In this document: in pieces, positions 1-8,905 of the stretch
Layout: each line of letters begins with the position of its first letter
Position numbering within the stretch: position 1 is the first letter of the stretch
Source of the DNA: Armatimonadota bacterium
GTDB taxonomy: Bacteria > Sysuimicrobiota > Sysuimicrobiia > Sysuimicrobiales > Humicultoraceae
Length of the DNA: 64,000 nt
Direction of reading: 5' to 3'
NCBI GenBank assembly: GCA_037443365.1
Contig: JBBIOM010000006.1
Coordinates: 22,709 to 86,708, forward strand
Notes under the pieces: model-generated
What the model was told of the DNA's origin: nothing
What the model saw: the letters and a program-made list of their open reading frames with translations, nothing else
Database searches by the model: none
Position numbers and translations under genes: made by a program

Positions 1-1
1 G

Positions 2-811
2 CGGATCATCGGCCCCGCGATAGCCGGGTTCATCATCGGCGAGCTGGGCCCGCGCAGCGGTCCTGGGTTCTGCTTCGCCATCAACACGATCACCTACATG
101 GCCGTGCTGGGCGCGCTTGCCACGATCCGCGTGAACTCCCGGCCGCCCTCTGGTCGGCGGCAGCGCGTGCTGCGCGAGGTCCGGGAGGGCGTGGCCTTCG
201 CCTGGCAGCAGCGGGCGGTGCGCCGGTTCCTGGGGCTTCTGGCTGTCACGGGCGTGTTCGGGCTGTCGTTCACGGTCCTGATGCCGGTCTTCGCGCGCGA
301 CGTGCTGCGCGTGCCCGCCCAAGGGTTCGGGATGCTGATGACCGCAAGCGGGCTGGGCGCCACGATCGGGGTGCTCGCGCTGGCCTCGTCAAGGCCCCAG
401 AGCCCGGGGAACGTCATCATGGGCACGCAGGCCGCGTTCGTCGTACTCCTGGCCGCGTTCGCGTCAAGCTCGACCTACGCCCTGTCGCTGGCGCTCATGG
501 TTGCGTTGAGCGGCGCGATGACCTCCTACCTGTCCTCCACCAACACGACGATCCAGGCAATCGTGCCGGATGCGCTGCGCGGCCGCGTGATGAGCATCTA
601 CATACTGGCGTTCTTCGGCACCGCGCCGCTGGGAGGCCTGCTCATGGGATCCCTGGCCTCGGCCGCGGGCGCGCGGGCCGCGGTGCTCATCGGCGCGTCG
701 GTGTGCGCCGCAGCAGGCCTGGCGGCCTGGCTGGCCGGCCGGAGGGACTCACCTGCCTGGGCGCAGGTGAGCGGTCCGCGCGGCGCGGATAGTCCCACGC
801 TTCCTGTTTGA
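2..811 (+). CDS. MFS transporter, 5'-truncated by the window edge
   Basis: Frame open from position 2 (RIIGPAIAGFIIG...); multiple TM segments; MFS motif 'IQAIVPDALRGRVMSIY'. Confidence 0.85.
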   Translation, partial: RIIGPAIAGFIIGELGPRSGPGFCFAINTITYMAVLGALATIRVNSRPPSGRRQRVLREVREGVAFAWQQRAVRRFLGLLAVTGVFGLSFTVLMPVFARDVLRVPAQGFGMLMTASGLGATIGVLALASSRPQSPGNVIMGTQAAFVVLLAAFASSSTYALSLALMVALSGAMTSYLSSTNTTIQAIVPDALRGRVMSIYILAFFGTAPLGGLLMGSLASAAGARAAVLIGASVCAAAGLAAWLAGRRDSPAWAQVSGPRGADSPTLPV

Positions 812-2524
812 GCCGGCTCCGTACCGGGCCAGGTCGATCCGGCCCGAGCGTGCGAACCGCACGCCCTCACGGCGCAGCCGCCGCCTCTGCGCCGCGGCGA
901 ACTGGCGGTTGGCGAGGGTCCCGTCGCCGCGCACAACGCGCCACCACGGCGCGGCTTCGCCGTCGGGCAGCGATGCCAGCGCCCAGCCAACGGTGCGCCC
1001 ACCGTTTCGCAGCCCGACCATCCGGGCGATCTCGCCGTATGTGGTGACGCTCCCCGGCGGTATGCGCCGCACCGCGGCGTAGATGCGCTCGAACAGGCCG
1101 CGTGTTCCTGATCCGGGGGGGCCAGGCAGGCCGGGTCTGGTCATGGCATCATGGTCCAGGATCTCATTCAACTGCTCGACGCCGAGCCGCCCCGACGCCA
1201 GCGCAACCTCGCGCACTGTGCGGCCGGTCCGGGCGGCTTCGCCGGCGATCCTGGCCGCGGCGTCGTATCCGATGATTGGCGCGAGAGCCGCAGCCAGCAT
1301 CGGGCCCTGCTCGACCAGCTCGGGTCCGCGACCGGTTGCCCGAAGCCCGCCCACGCACCGGCGGGCGAAGTTGCGCGATGCCGCGCCCAGCAGGGCGATC
1401 GCCCCGAGCAGGTTGTGAGCCATCACGGGCATCATCGTGTTGAGCTCGAAGTTGCCCCACTGGTTGCCCTGGGCCACCACGGCGTCACCCCCGATGGCCT
1501 GGGCGCAGGCCTGGATGACCGACTCGGCGATGACCGGGTTTGTCTTGCCCGGCATGATCGAGGACCCGGGCTGTACCGCCGGAAGCACCAGCTCGCCAAG
1601 ACCAGCGTGTGGCCCAGATCCCATCCAGCGAATGTCGTTGGCGATCTTGGCCAGCGCGGTGGCGTATGTCCGGACGGCTCCCGAGCAGAAGACCACCGCG
1701 TCCAGGCAGGCCTGCGCCTGGAAGTGCGCCGCGGTTTCACGCAGCGGGATGCCGGTTATCTCACCCAGGCGCGCGCACACCCGGGCCGCGAACTCGGGAT
1801 GCGCGTTCATGCCCGATCCCACGGCGGTACCGCCCAGCGCCACCTCGCACAGCTCGGCCTCGGCGTAGCCGATCCTGCGCCCGGCGGACGCGACCTGGTC
1901 GGCGTATCCGGCGAACTCCTGCCCCAACCGCACCGGCGTGGCGTCCATCAGGTGCGTGCGTCCTGTCTTTGTGATCGCGTGGAACTGGCGCGCCTTCTTG
2001 CGCAGCGCCGCCTCCAGCTCGTCGAGCGCCGGACGCAGGTCCTCGCGCAGCAACAGGAGCGCCGCCAGGTGCAGCGCGGTGGGGATGACGTCGTTGCTCG
2101 ACTGGCAGAGGTTCACGTGATCGTTGGGATGCACGGCCCCGCCGCCGCGCGCGGCGCCCATCAGCTCGGCGGCGCGGGCGGCTATGACCTCGTTGGCGTT
2201 CATGTTCGTGGACGTGCCCGATCCGGTCTGGAAGACGTCGAGCGGGAACTCGGCGTCGAGCGCGCCGTCGGCGACCTCCTTGGCCGCGCGGATGATGGGC
2301 CTCGCGAGCCTGCGGTCGAGCAGACCCAGGTCGGCGTTGACCTCGGCCGCGGCGCGCTTGATCAGGCCCAACGCGCGCACGAACACGCGCGGGAAGCGCA
2401 GGCCGCTGATCGGGAAGTTCACAATGGCTCGGGCGGTAGCCGCGCCGTAGTAGGCCCGGGCCGGGACCTCCACGCTCCCCATGGAATCGCGCTCGAGGCG
2501 CGTCCTTCTCTTGCTGCCCGGCAT
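749..2524 (-). CDS. fumC: Class II fumarate hydratase fused to a C-terminal alkyltransferase-like (ATL/MGMT-family) domain
   Basis: FumC motifs QTGSGTSTNMNANE, HPNDHVN, GRTHLMDA, GSSIMPGKTN; after a Pro/Gly linker, 'IPPGSVTTYGEIA...RTVGWAL...PWWRVV'; RBS AAGGAGG. Confidence 0.9.
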   Translation of the reverse strand: MPGSKRRTRLERDSMGSVEVPARAYYGAATARAIVNFPISGLRFPRVFVRALGLIKRAAAEVNADLGLLDRRLARPIIRAAKEVADGALDAEFPLDVFQTGSGTSTNMNANEVIAARAAELMGAARGGGAVHPNDHVNLCQSSNDVIPTALHLAALLLLREDLRPALDELEAALRKKARQFHAITKTGRTHLMDATPVRLGQEFAGYADQVASAGRRIGYAEAELCEVALGGTAVGSGMNAHPEFAARVCARLGEITGIPLRETAAHFQAQACLDAVVFCSGAVRTYATALAKIANDIRWMGSGPHAGLGELVLPAVQPGSSIMPGKTNPVIAESVIQACAQAIGGDAVVAQGNQWGNFELNTMMPVMAHNLLGAIALLGAASRNFARRCVGGLRATGRGPELVEQGPMLAAALAPIIGYDAAARIAGEAARTGRTVREVALASGRLGVEQLNEILDHDAMTRPGLPGPPGSGTRGLFERIYAAVRRIPPGSVTTYGEIARMVGLRNGGRTVGWALASLPDGEAAPWWRVVRGDGTLANRQFAAAQRRRLRREGVRFARSGRIDLARYGAGSNRKRGTIRAARTAHLRPGR

Positions 2525-2536
2525 GCGCGAACCTCC

Positions 2537-2806
2537 TTACTGCCGGTAGATCTCCGCCCGATGCCGGACGCGATGGAGGACGACGTCCGACCCCGCGATG
2601 TCGTACCTGACCCGGTAGGGCCACATCTCAAGCCGCCACTGACCTACCCCCTTGCCCTTGAGCTTCTTGATCCTGGGCGGAGGACCGCATGGGATGGTCT
2701 CAAGAGGCCGGACCGCTTCGATGACGCGCGCCCGTACGGCCGGGGGAAGCGCTTCGAGGTCACGCAGAAAGCTCGGGGTGAGCCGGACGACGAAGCGGGA
2801 CGGCAT
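2537..2806 (-). CDS. Type II TA toxin, RelE/ParE family
   Basis: 89 aa, basic, 'IKKLKG...WRL..WPYRVRYDI...VVLHRVRHRAEIYR'; lies 3 nt after the antitoxin. Confidence 0.85.
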   Translation of the reverse strand: MPSRFVVRLTPSFLRDLEALPPAVRARVIEAVRPLETIPCGPPPRIKKLKGKGVGQWRLEMWPYRVRYDIAGSDVVLHRVRHRAEIYRQ

Positions 2807-2809
2807 CGT

Positions 2810-3097
2810 TCAGCGACTCCGCCGTCGGGACAGCGTGCGCCGCACGTATTCCCTCAGGCTGATGGCCTCGCCGGCCTTGTGCTCGGCTGCCGCCACTCGC
2901 AGGGTCTCCTGGAACTCGGGGTCGAGCTCCTCCAGCATGTCGTCGAAGTCCGTCGTCCCGATGAGCACGGCCGTCGGGCGGCCCCTGCGGGTGATGACGT
3001 AGCGCGCCTTCCGCTCAGCCACCCGCTTGAGGAGCGCTCCGAGCTGGGTCCGGGCGAGGTAGGCCGGGATCGTGGCTGTTGGGTTTCTCTTCTGCAT
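2810..3097 (-). CDS. Type II TA antitoxin, Phd/YefM family
   Basis: 'ARTQLGALLKRV...YVITRRGRPTAVLI' Phd N-terminal motif; acidic C-terminal half. Confidence 0.85.
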   Translation of the reverse strand: MQKRNPTATIPAYLARTQLGALLKRVAERKARYVITRRGRPTAVLIGTTDFDDMLEELDPEFQETLRVAAAEHKAGEAISLREYVRRTLSRRRSR

Positions 3098-3120
3098 GTC
3101 CTCTTCCTCTTGGGACTCTT

Positions 3121-3166
3121 TTGATTAATCAATTCCCACGATACGCCGCGCACCTTGGCCAGTCAA
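3121..3166 (-). promoter_or_regulatory. Sigma70-type promoter of the TA-fumC unit with palindromic operator
   Basis: Minus strand TTGACT(3166-3161)-17 bp-TATCGT(3143-3138); perfect palindrome TTGATTAATCAA at 3121-3132 near the expected start site. Confidence 0.6.
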
Positions 3167-3254
3167 GGCCCTCGGCCAGAAAGCATTCGCGCGAGCCGCG
3201 CCATCCGTGCTACCATGCTGGCTGCCAGGAAGAGGTCAGGTCCCGGAGCGCCAC

Positions 3255-4364
3255 ATGAAACTCCACGAGTACCAGGCCAGAGAGATCTTCGCCCGATACG
3301 AGATCCCGGTGCGCCCAGGCGTTGTCATCGAGCGGCCCGAGCAGCTCGACGGGCTCGGGATCCCCTACCCGATCGTTCTCAAGGCGCAGGTCCTAGTCGG
3401 CGGCCGGGGGAAGGCGGGCGGGATCAAGATGGCCGCGACTCTCCCCGAGGCGCGCGAGAAGGCGGCCGCGATCCTGGGGATGACGATCAAGGGCGAGACC
3501 GTTCGCCGCCTGCTCGTCGTGGAGGCCGCGGAGATCACCGCCGAGTACTACCTGGCGTTCACCGTGGACCGCGCGGCTCGGCGGTTGGTGGCGATCGCCT
3601 CGGCGGCCGGGGGCATTGACATCGAGGAAGTCGCCCGGGCCTCCCCAGAGAAGATCGTCAAGCACCACGTTGATCCTTTCGGGGGGTTCTATCCCTACAA
3701 CGCGCGCGAGATGGGCCGGAAGCTGGGCCTGGAGGGCCGGTGCTTGCTGGAGTTCGCCGCGATCGCGCACGCGCTCTGGCGCCTGTGCCGTGAGATGGAC
3801 GCCGAGCTGGCCGAGATCAACCCGCTGGGGGTGGTGGGCGGCTCGCTGCTGGCCGTAGACGCCAAGCTGGTCATTGACGACAACGCCGCATTCCGCCACC
3901 CGGGGCTGCCGCGCAGCGAGGAGTTGACCGATCTGGAGGCGCTGGCGAAGAGCCAGGACCTGGCCTACGTCGAGCTCGACGGCGACGTGGCGATCATCGG
4001 CAACGGGGCCGGCCTCGTGATGTCCACGCTCGATGCGATCGCGCACTTCGGCGGCCGCCCGGCCAACTTCCTGGACGTGGGCGGCGGGGCGACCAGCGAG
4101 AACATGGCACAGGCGATGCAGATCGTGCTGCGCAAGAGCGGCGTGCGCGCGCTGTTCGTCAACATCTTCGGCGGGATCACCCGCTGCGACGACATCGCCC
4201 GCGCGATCGCCGCGGCGCCGCCTCCGGTGCCGATGGTGGTGCGACTGACCGGAACCAACGAGGAAGAAGGCCGGACGATCCTGCGGGCCGCAGGGATCCA
4301 GGCGCTCACCGATCCGGAGTCCGCCGCCCGGGAAGCCGTGCGCCTGGCCGCCGGGGCGCGGTGA
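3255..4364 (+). CDS. sucC: Succinyl-CoA ligase (ADP-forming) beta subunit
   Basis: MKLHEYQA, KAQVLVGGRGKAGG, EINPL, GNGAGLVMST, PANFLDVGGG, NIFGGITRCD. Confidence 0.95.
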   Translation: MKLHEYQAREIFARYEIPVRPGVVIERPEQLDGLGIPYPIVLKAQVLVGGRGKAGGIKMAATLPEAREKAAAILGMTIKGETVRRLLVVEAAEITAEYYLAFTVDRAARRLVAIASAAGGIDIEEVARASPEKIVKHHVDPFGGFYPYNAREMGRKLGLEGRCLLEFAAIAHALWRLCREMDAELAEINPLGVVGGSLLAVDAKLVIDDNAAFRHPGLPRSEELTDLEALAKSQDLAYVELDGDVAIIGNGAGLVMSTLDAIAHFGGRPANFLDVGGGATSENMAQAMQIVLRKSGVRALFVNIFGGITRCDDIARAIAAAPPPVPMVVRLTGTNEEEGRTILRAAGIQALTDPESAAREAVRLAAGAR

Positions 4365-4368
4365 CCGG

Positions 4369-5334
4369 GTGAGCCGCCGCGTGTTCTCGCCTTTGGGTCT
4401 TGGTGCTCCCGGACGCGCGCTGGCACGGCGCGCGCTTGCCTGCGCCGCGCTGCTGGTCGGGCTCGCCCTGGCGGCGCAGGCCGCCCTGCTCTTGTTCGGG
4501 CAGCCCCTCGCCGCGCAGATCGCACCGTCGGGCCCGCCTGCGCGTCACGTCATCCTGCTCAGCCTCGACGGCGCACGCGCCGACGCCGTCAGGGCCGCAG
4601 TACCCCTGGCCCTGGCAGGTCGCGGGGCCGTGACCTGGACCGCGCAGACCACCCTTCCGAGCTCGACCCTGCCCGCGCACGCCTCGATGCTCTCGGGAGT
4701 GGGCCCGGCAGTTCACAGGGTGACCTTCAACGACTGGCGGGCCGGTGAGCCCTACTTCGCGCGCGCCACCATCTTCACGGAGGTCACACGCGCAGGAGGC
4801 CGAGCCGCGGCCCTTGTCACGAAGCCCAAGATGATGTTCTTCGTGCCGCCGGGAGTGGTCGCCAGCGCCCAGCACCTGCTCTACCCACGTCTGCGCCAGG
4901 CCGACGTGGTGGAGAGCGCCTCACGCCTCTTCCTCGAGCAGCGGCCTGCCCTGCTCTTCGTGCACGTCACGGACCCAGACGATACCGGTCACCGGCATGG
5001 CTGGATGAGCGAGGAGTACCTGCGTGTGATCGCCGCGACTCCAGATCTGATCGAGCGCCTGCTGCGTGCCCTCGACGATGCCGGGGTGGCGGCCAGGGCC
5101 CTGCTGATCGTCACCGCGGACCACGGCGGATCGGGCATCGCGCACGGCACGAACCGACCCGAGGACATGACGATCCCCTGGATGGCGTTCGGCGGCGCGG
5201 CCCGGCGCGGGGTGGTGGTCGAGCGGCGCGTCGTGGTGTTCGACACGGCCGCGACCGTGCTGGAGGCGTTGGGCGTTCCGATACCGGGTGACTGGCAGGG
5301 CGCGCCGGTGCACGAAGCGCTGCAGAGGCCGTAG
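4369..5334 (+). CDS. Exported/membrane-anchored alkaline phosphatase superfamily protein (nucleotide pyrophosphatase/phosphodiesterase-like)
   Basis: N-terminal hydrophobic segment; SLDGAR, PSSTLPAHASMLSG (Thr nucleophile), DDTGHRHG, TADHGG. Confidence 0.85.
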   Translation: MSRRVFSPLGLGAPGRALARRALACAALLVGLALAAQAALLLFGQPLAAQIAPSGPPARHVILLSLDGARADAVRAAVPLALAGRGAVTWTAQTTLPSSTLPAHASMLSGVGPAVHRVTFNDWRAGEPYFARATIFTEVTRAGGRAAALVTKPKMMFFVPPGVVASAQHLLYPRLRQADVVESASRLFLEQRPALLFVHVTDPDDTGHRHGWMSEEYLRVIAATPDLIERLLRALDDAGVAARALLIVTADHGGSGIAHGTNRPEDMTIPWMAFGGAARRGVVVERRVVVFDTAATVLEALGVPIPGDWQGAPVHEALQRP

Positions 5335-5358
5335 TCCAGGAGGAGCACGGAGGAGCCG

Positions 5359-6225
5359 ATGGCCATTCTCATCAACGAGCACACCCGCGTCCTGGTTCAG
5401 GGCATCACCGGCTTTCAGGGCGAGTTCCACACGCGCCGGATGTTGGAGTTCGGCACCCAGGTGGTGGCCGGCTCGACCCCGGGAAAGGGCGGCCAGGTCG
5501 TGGCCGGCGTTCCGGTGTTCGACACGGTTGCCGAGGCCGTGGCCAAGACCGGCGCTGGCGCCTCGTGCATCTTCGTGCCCGCGCGCGCGGCCCTGGACGC
5601 GGCGATGGAGGCGATCGCATCCCGGCTGGATCCGGTAGTGATCATCACCGAGCACGTCCCCATCCACGACTCGATCGAGATGGTGGACGCGGCGCGCGCC
5701 GCCGGCGTGCGCATCGTCGGGCCGAACGGCCCGGGCGTGGTCTCTCCCGGGCGGTGCAAGATCGGCATCATGCCCAACCATCTGTTCGCGCCCGGGGGCG
5801 TGGGGCTGGTCTCGCGCAGCGGCACGCTCACATACGAGATCGTGGCCGGCCTGACGCGCGCCGGCCTGGGACAGAGCACCGCCCTGGGCCTGGGCGGCGA
5901 TCCGGTCGTGGGCCTGACGTTCCAGGAGGCGGTGGCGCTCTTCTCGGAAGACCCACAGACCCAGGCGATCGTCCTTGTGGGCGAGATCGGCGGGGCCGCC
6001 GAGGAAGAGGCCGCCCGCTTCATCAAGACCTCCGTGCGCAAGCCCGTCGTGGGATACGTCGCCGGCCGGACCGCGCCGCCCGGCAAGCGCATGGGCCACG
6101 CGGGCGCGGTGATCTCCGGGAGCGAGGGGGGAGCGCAGGCCAAGATCGAGGCGCTGCAGGCCGCCGGGGTCGCCATGGTAGAGCTCCCCTTCCAGGTGCC
6201 GGAGGTCCTGCGGGGGCTGCTGTAG
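5359..6225 (+). CDS. sucD: Succinyl-CoA ligase alpha subunit
   Basis: VQGITG, GPNGPG, SRSGTLTYE, GKRMGHAGA (phospho-His). Confidence 0.95.
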   Translation: MAILINEHTRVLVQGITGFQGEFHTRRMLEFGTQVVAGSTPGKGGQVVAGVPVFDTVAEAVAKTGAGASCIFVPARAALDAAMEAIASRLDPVVIITEHVPIHDSIEMVDAARAAGVRIVGPNGPGVVSPGRCKIGIMPNHLFAPGGVGLVSRSGTLTYEIVAGLTRAGLGQSTALGLGGDPVVGLTFQEAVALFSEDPQTQAIVLVGEIGGAAEEEAARFIKTSVRKPVVGYVAGRTAPPGKRMGHAGAVISGSEGGAQAKIEALQAAGVAMVELPFQVPEVLRGLL

Positions 6226-6277
6226 TAGTACACCACGGGGTGCGCCCGCCGGGACGCGGGCGGGCCGGGAGGGTCAC

Positions 6278-6619
6278 ATGCTGGGCGGGTTCCTTCTGCG
6301 CTGGGTCTTCAACGCCATCGCCATCTACGTGACGACGCGGATCGTAACCGGTATTCATCTGCCTAATGCCGAGAGCATCCTCATCGCGGCCCTGGTACTC
6401 GGGCTGGTGAACGCCTCGATCCGGTGGATTCTCCTGGTGCTGACGCTGCCGCTGAACATCCTGACGCTGGGGCTGTTCACGCTGGTGGTGAACGCGCTCA
6501 TGCTGTATCTGGTCGCCGCGGTCACGCCGATGCAGATAGACTCGTTCTGGGCCGCGTTCCTGGGGGCGCTGCTAATTGCGATCATCAGCACCTTCCTCAG
6601 CCACCTCGCCGGCCGCTAG
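6278..6619 (+). CDS. 4-TM membrane protein, YvlD / phage holin family IV
   Basis: 'LVLTLPLNILTLGLFTLVVNALML' family motif; sits upstream of rapZ. Confidence 0.85.
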   Translation: MLGGFLLRWVFNAIAIYVTTRIVTGIHLPNAESILIAALVLGLVNASIRWILLVLTLPLNILTLGLFTLVVNALMLYLVAAVTPMQIDSFWAAFLGALLIAIISTFLSHLAGR

Positions 6620-7559
6620 CCGGTCCGAGGCGCCCGCCGGCCGGCCCCGCGCCGTATCTCGCAGGCGCGGCGGCGTTCAGTTCGTCATCATTACTGGCCT
6701 CTCGGGCGCCGGGAAGTCCACGGCCATGAAGGTCTTCGAGGACCTCGGGTTCTTCTGCGTGGACAACCTCCCGCCCGCGCTGCTGCCCAAGTTCGCGGAC
6801 CTGTGCCTGCACTCCGAGGAGAGGGTCCGGCGGGTGGCGGTCGTCATCGACATCCGGGGCGGCGAGTTCTTTGACGACCTGTTCTCGGCCCTGCACCAGA
6901 TCGCCCGCCTGGGCCTGCGCGCAGACATCCTCTTCCTGGACGCCGCCGACGACGCGCTGGTGCGCCGGTTCAAGGAGACGCGCCGCAAGCACCCCCTGGC
7001 CCAGACAGGGCGCGTGCTCTCCGGCATCCGCGCCGAGCGCCGCCGCCTGGAAGCCGTGAAGGGACGGGCGCATCGGGTCATTGACACCTCCGCCCTGACA
7101 GGGAGAGAGCTGCGCGACGAGATCGCCGGCGCCTACAGGCGCGCCCGCGCCCCCCGGCGCCCCCTCGAGGTCAGCGTGGTCACCTTCGGCTACAAGTACG
7201 GCATCCCGATTGACGCCGATCTCGTCCTGGACGTGCGGTTCCTGCCCAACCCGCACTACCGGCCGGCGCTGCGTCCCCTGCCCGGAACGCACGCGCGCGT
7301 CCGCAGGTTCGTGATGTGCCAGGCGCAGACCCGCGACTTCATGGCCCGGCTGAACGAGTTCGGCGACTACCTGCTGCCGCAGTTCGTCGCCGAGGGCAAG
7401 ACCCACCTGACCATAGGCCTCGGATGCACCGGCGGCCGCCATCGCTCCGTTGTCCTGGGAGAGGAACTGGCGCGGCATCTCCGCCGCGGCGGCTACCGCG
7501 TTCGCGTCAGGCACCGCGATCTCCGCAAGGACGACCGGGGAGCCGGGGAGCAGCAGTGA
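6576..7559 (+). CDS. rapZ: RNase adapter RapZ / YvcJ P-loop protein (start codon uncertain)
   Basis: ITGLSGAGKS, CVDNLP, FGYKYG, DVRFLPNPHY, GCTGGRHRSV. Confidence 0.9.
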   Translation: MRSSAPSSATSPAASRSEAPAGRPRAVSRRRGGVQFVIITGLSGAGKSTAMKVFEDLGFFCVDNLPPALLPKFADLCLHSEERVRRVAVVIDIRGGEFFDDLFSALHQIARLGLRADILFLDAADDALVRRFKETRRKHPLAQTGRVLSGIRAERRRLEAVKGRAHRVIDTSALTGRELRDEIAGAYRRARAPRRPLEVSVVTFGYKYGIPIDADLVLDVRFLPNPHYRPALRPLPGTHARVRRFVMCQAQTRDFMARLNEFGDYLLPQFVAEGKTHLTIGLGCTGGRHRSVVLGEELARHLRRGGYRVRVRHRDLRKDDRGAGEQQ

Positions 7560-8905
7560 GCGCGCTGCCGCGCGGCCAGTGGCAGCGCTGGCGGCGCTGG
7601 CTGGCGCCGGGACTGGGCATCAAGCGGTGGGGGCTGGTCATCGGCGCAGGGATCCTGGCCTTCGGCGCGGGCATCTCGCTCGTCGTCAACATCAAGTTCC
7701 TGGCCGAGTTCGACTACGCGGTCTTCGCGCTCGCCGTCCTGCTCGATCGGGTCAGCCGCGGGAGCATCTCCCCGGCGGCGCTTGGAGCAGTCGTGGCGCT
7801 GCTGGGTGTGCTGATAACCGTGTTGGGCCTGCGCGGCACGCTGCGCTCGATTGACCGCGTCCTCTTCCCCACCGGCAGCCCCACCCTGGTCGAGGCCCTG
7901 CGCGAGCACCGCCGGCGGCGGCGCGGGCTCAATGTCGTGGCGCTGGGCGGCGGCACCGGGCTGGCCACGCTCCTGCGCGGAATCAAGCACTACACCTCCA
8001 ACATCTCCGCCGTGGTGACGGTGTTCGACGACGGTGGATCCTCGGGCCGGCTGCGCCGCGAGCTGGGCATACTGCCGCCCGGCGACATCCGCAACTGCCT
8101 GGTGGCGCTGGCCGAGGTCGAGCCGCTGATGACGCGCCTGTTCGAGTACCGGTTCCAGGGAGGAGATCTCGACGGCCACGCCTTCGGCAACCTGTTCATC
8201 GCCAGCCTCACCGGCGTGACGGGTGACCTCGAGCTGGCCGTGAAGGAGACCAGCAAGGTTCTCAAGATCCGGGGGCGCGTGCTGCCCACCACCGGACACA
8301 ACGTGGTCCTGGCCGCCTCGCTCGCCGACGGCCGCACGATCGAGGGCGAGTCCGAGATCACAGCGGCGCGCGGCCGCATCCGTCGCGTCTCCCTGCGCCC
8401 CGCCGACGTCTTCCCCCTCCCGGAGGTACTCGAGGCCGTCGCCGAGGCCGACCTCATCCTGCTCGGGCCGGGCAGCCTCTACACCAGCGTCATCCCCAAC
8501 CTGCTTGTGCGCGGGATGGTCGAGGCGCTGCTGGAGTCTCACGCGCAGCGCGTCTACATCTGCAACGTCATGACCCAGCCGGGCGAGACGGACGGGTATT
8601 CCGCCGCCGATCACGTGCGCGCGATCTTCGCCCACACCACCCCTGCCCTGTTCACCCACGTGATCGTCAACACCCAGCCCCCGCAGAACCAGGTCCTGCT
8701 CGAGCGCTACGCCGCCGAGGGCAGCGTGCCCGTGGAGCCAACCCAATACGAACTGGAGGCGATGGGCTTGATACCGGTCGGATTCCCGTTGATGAGCGAG
8801 GAGGAGTTGCTGCGCCACGATCCGCTGCGCCTTGCGAGCGCCGTCCTGCGGGTCATGGGGATGACCGGTACCCCGCCGGCTCGGCTGGTCCGCCGCCATG
8901 CCTGA
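7556..8905 (+). CDS. yvcK: Gluconeogenesis factor YvcK family protein with N-terminal TM extension
   Basis: GGGTGL, DDGGSSGRLR, PPGDIRNC, GPGSLYTS, NVMTQPGET; GTG overlaps the rapZ stop. Confidence 0.9.
   Translation: MSALPRGQWQRWRRWLAPGLGIKRWGLVIGAGILAFGAGISLVVNIKFLAEFDYAVFALAVLLDRVSRGSISPAALGAVVALLGVLITVLGLRGTLRSIDRVLFPTGSPTLVEALREHRRRRRGLNVVALGGGTGLATLLRGIKHYTSNISAVVTVFDDGGSSGRLRRELGILPPGDIRNCLVALAEVEPLMTRLFEYRFQGGDLDGHAFGNLFIASLTGVTGDLELAVKETSKVLKIRGRVLPTTGHNVVLAASLADGRTIEGESEITAARGRIRRVSLRPADVFPLPEVLEAVAEADLILLGPGSLYTSVIPNLLVRGMVEALLESHAQRVYICNVMTQPGETDGYSAADHVRAIFAHTTPALFTHVIVNTQPPQNQVLLERYAAEGSVPVEPTQYELEAMGLIPVGFPLMSEEELLRHDPLRLASAVLRVMGMTGTPPARLVRRHA

Noticed and set aside
1115-1121. 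G7 run in the fumC-ATL linker as a frameshift that fakes the fusion
   Set aside because: Neither shifted frame gives a nearby fumC stop and the ATL domain has no start codon of its own; kept only as a check on reads.
1151-3124. 657-aa plus-strand ORF and many similar long antisense ORFs (e.g. 7493-8899, 10618-12114, 24533-26212, 51818-53554)
   Set aside because: Shadow frames of well-supported genes in high-GC DNA; no recognisable motifs.
6278-6619. Holin-family gene as evidence of a prophage
   Set aside because: YvlD-like genes are common chromosomal neighbours of rapZ; no phage genes nearby.
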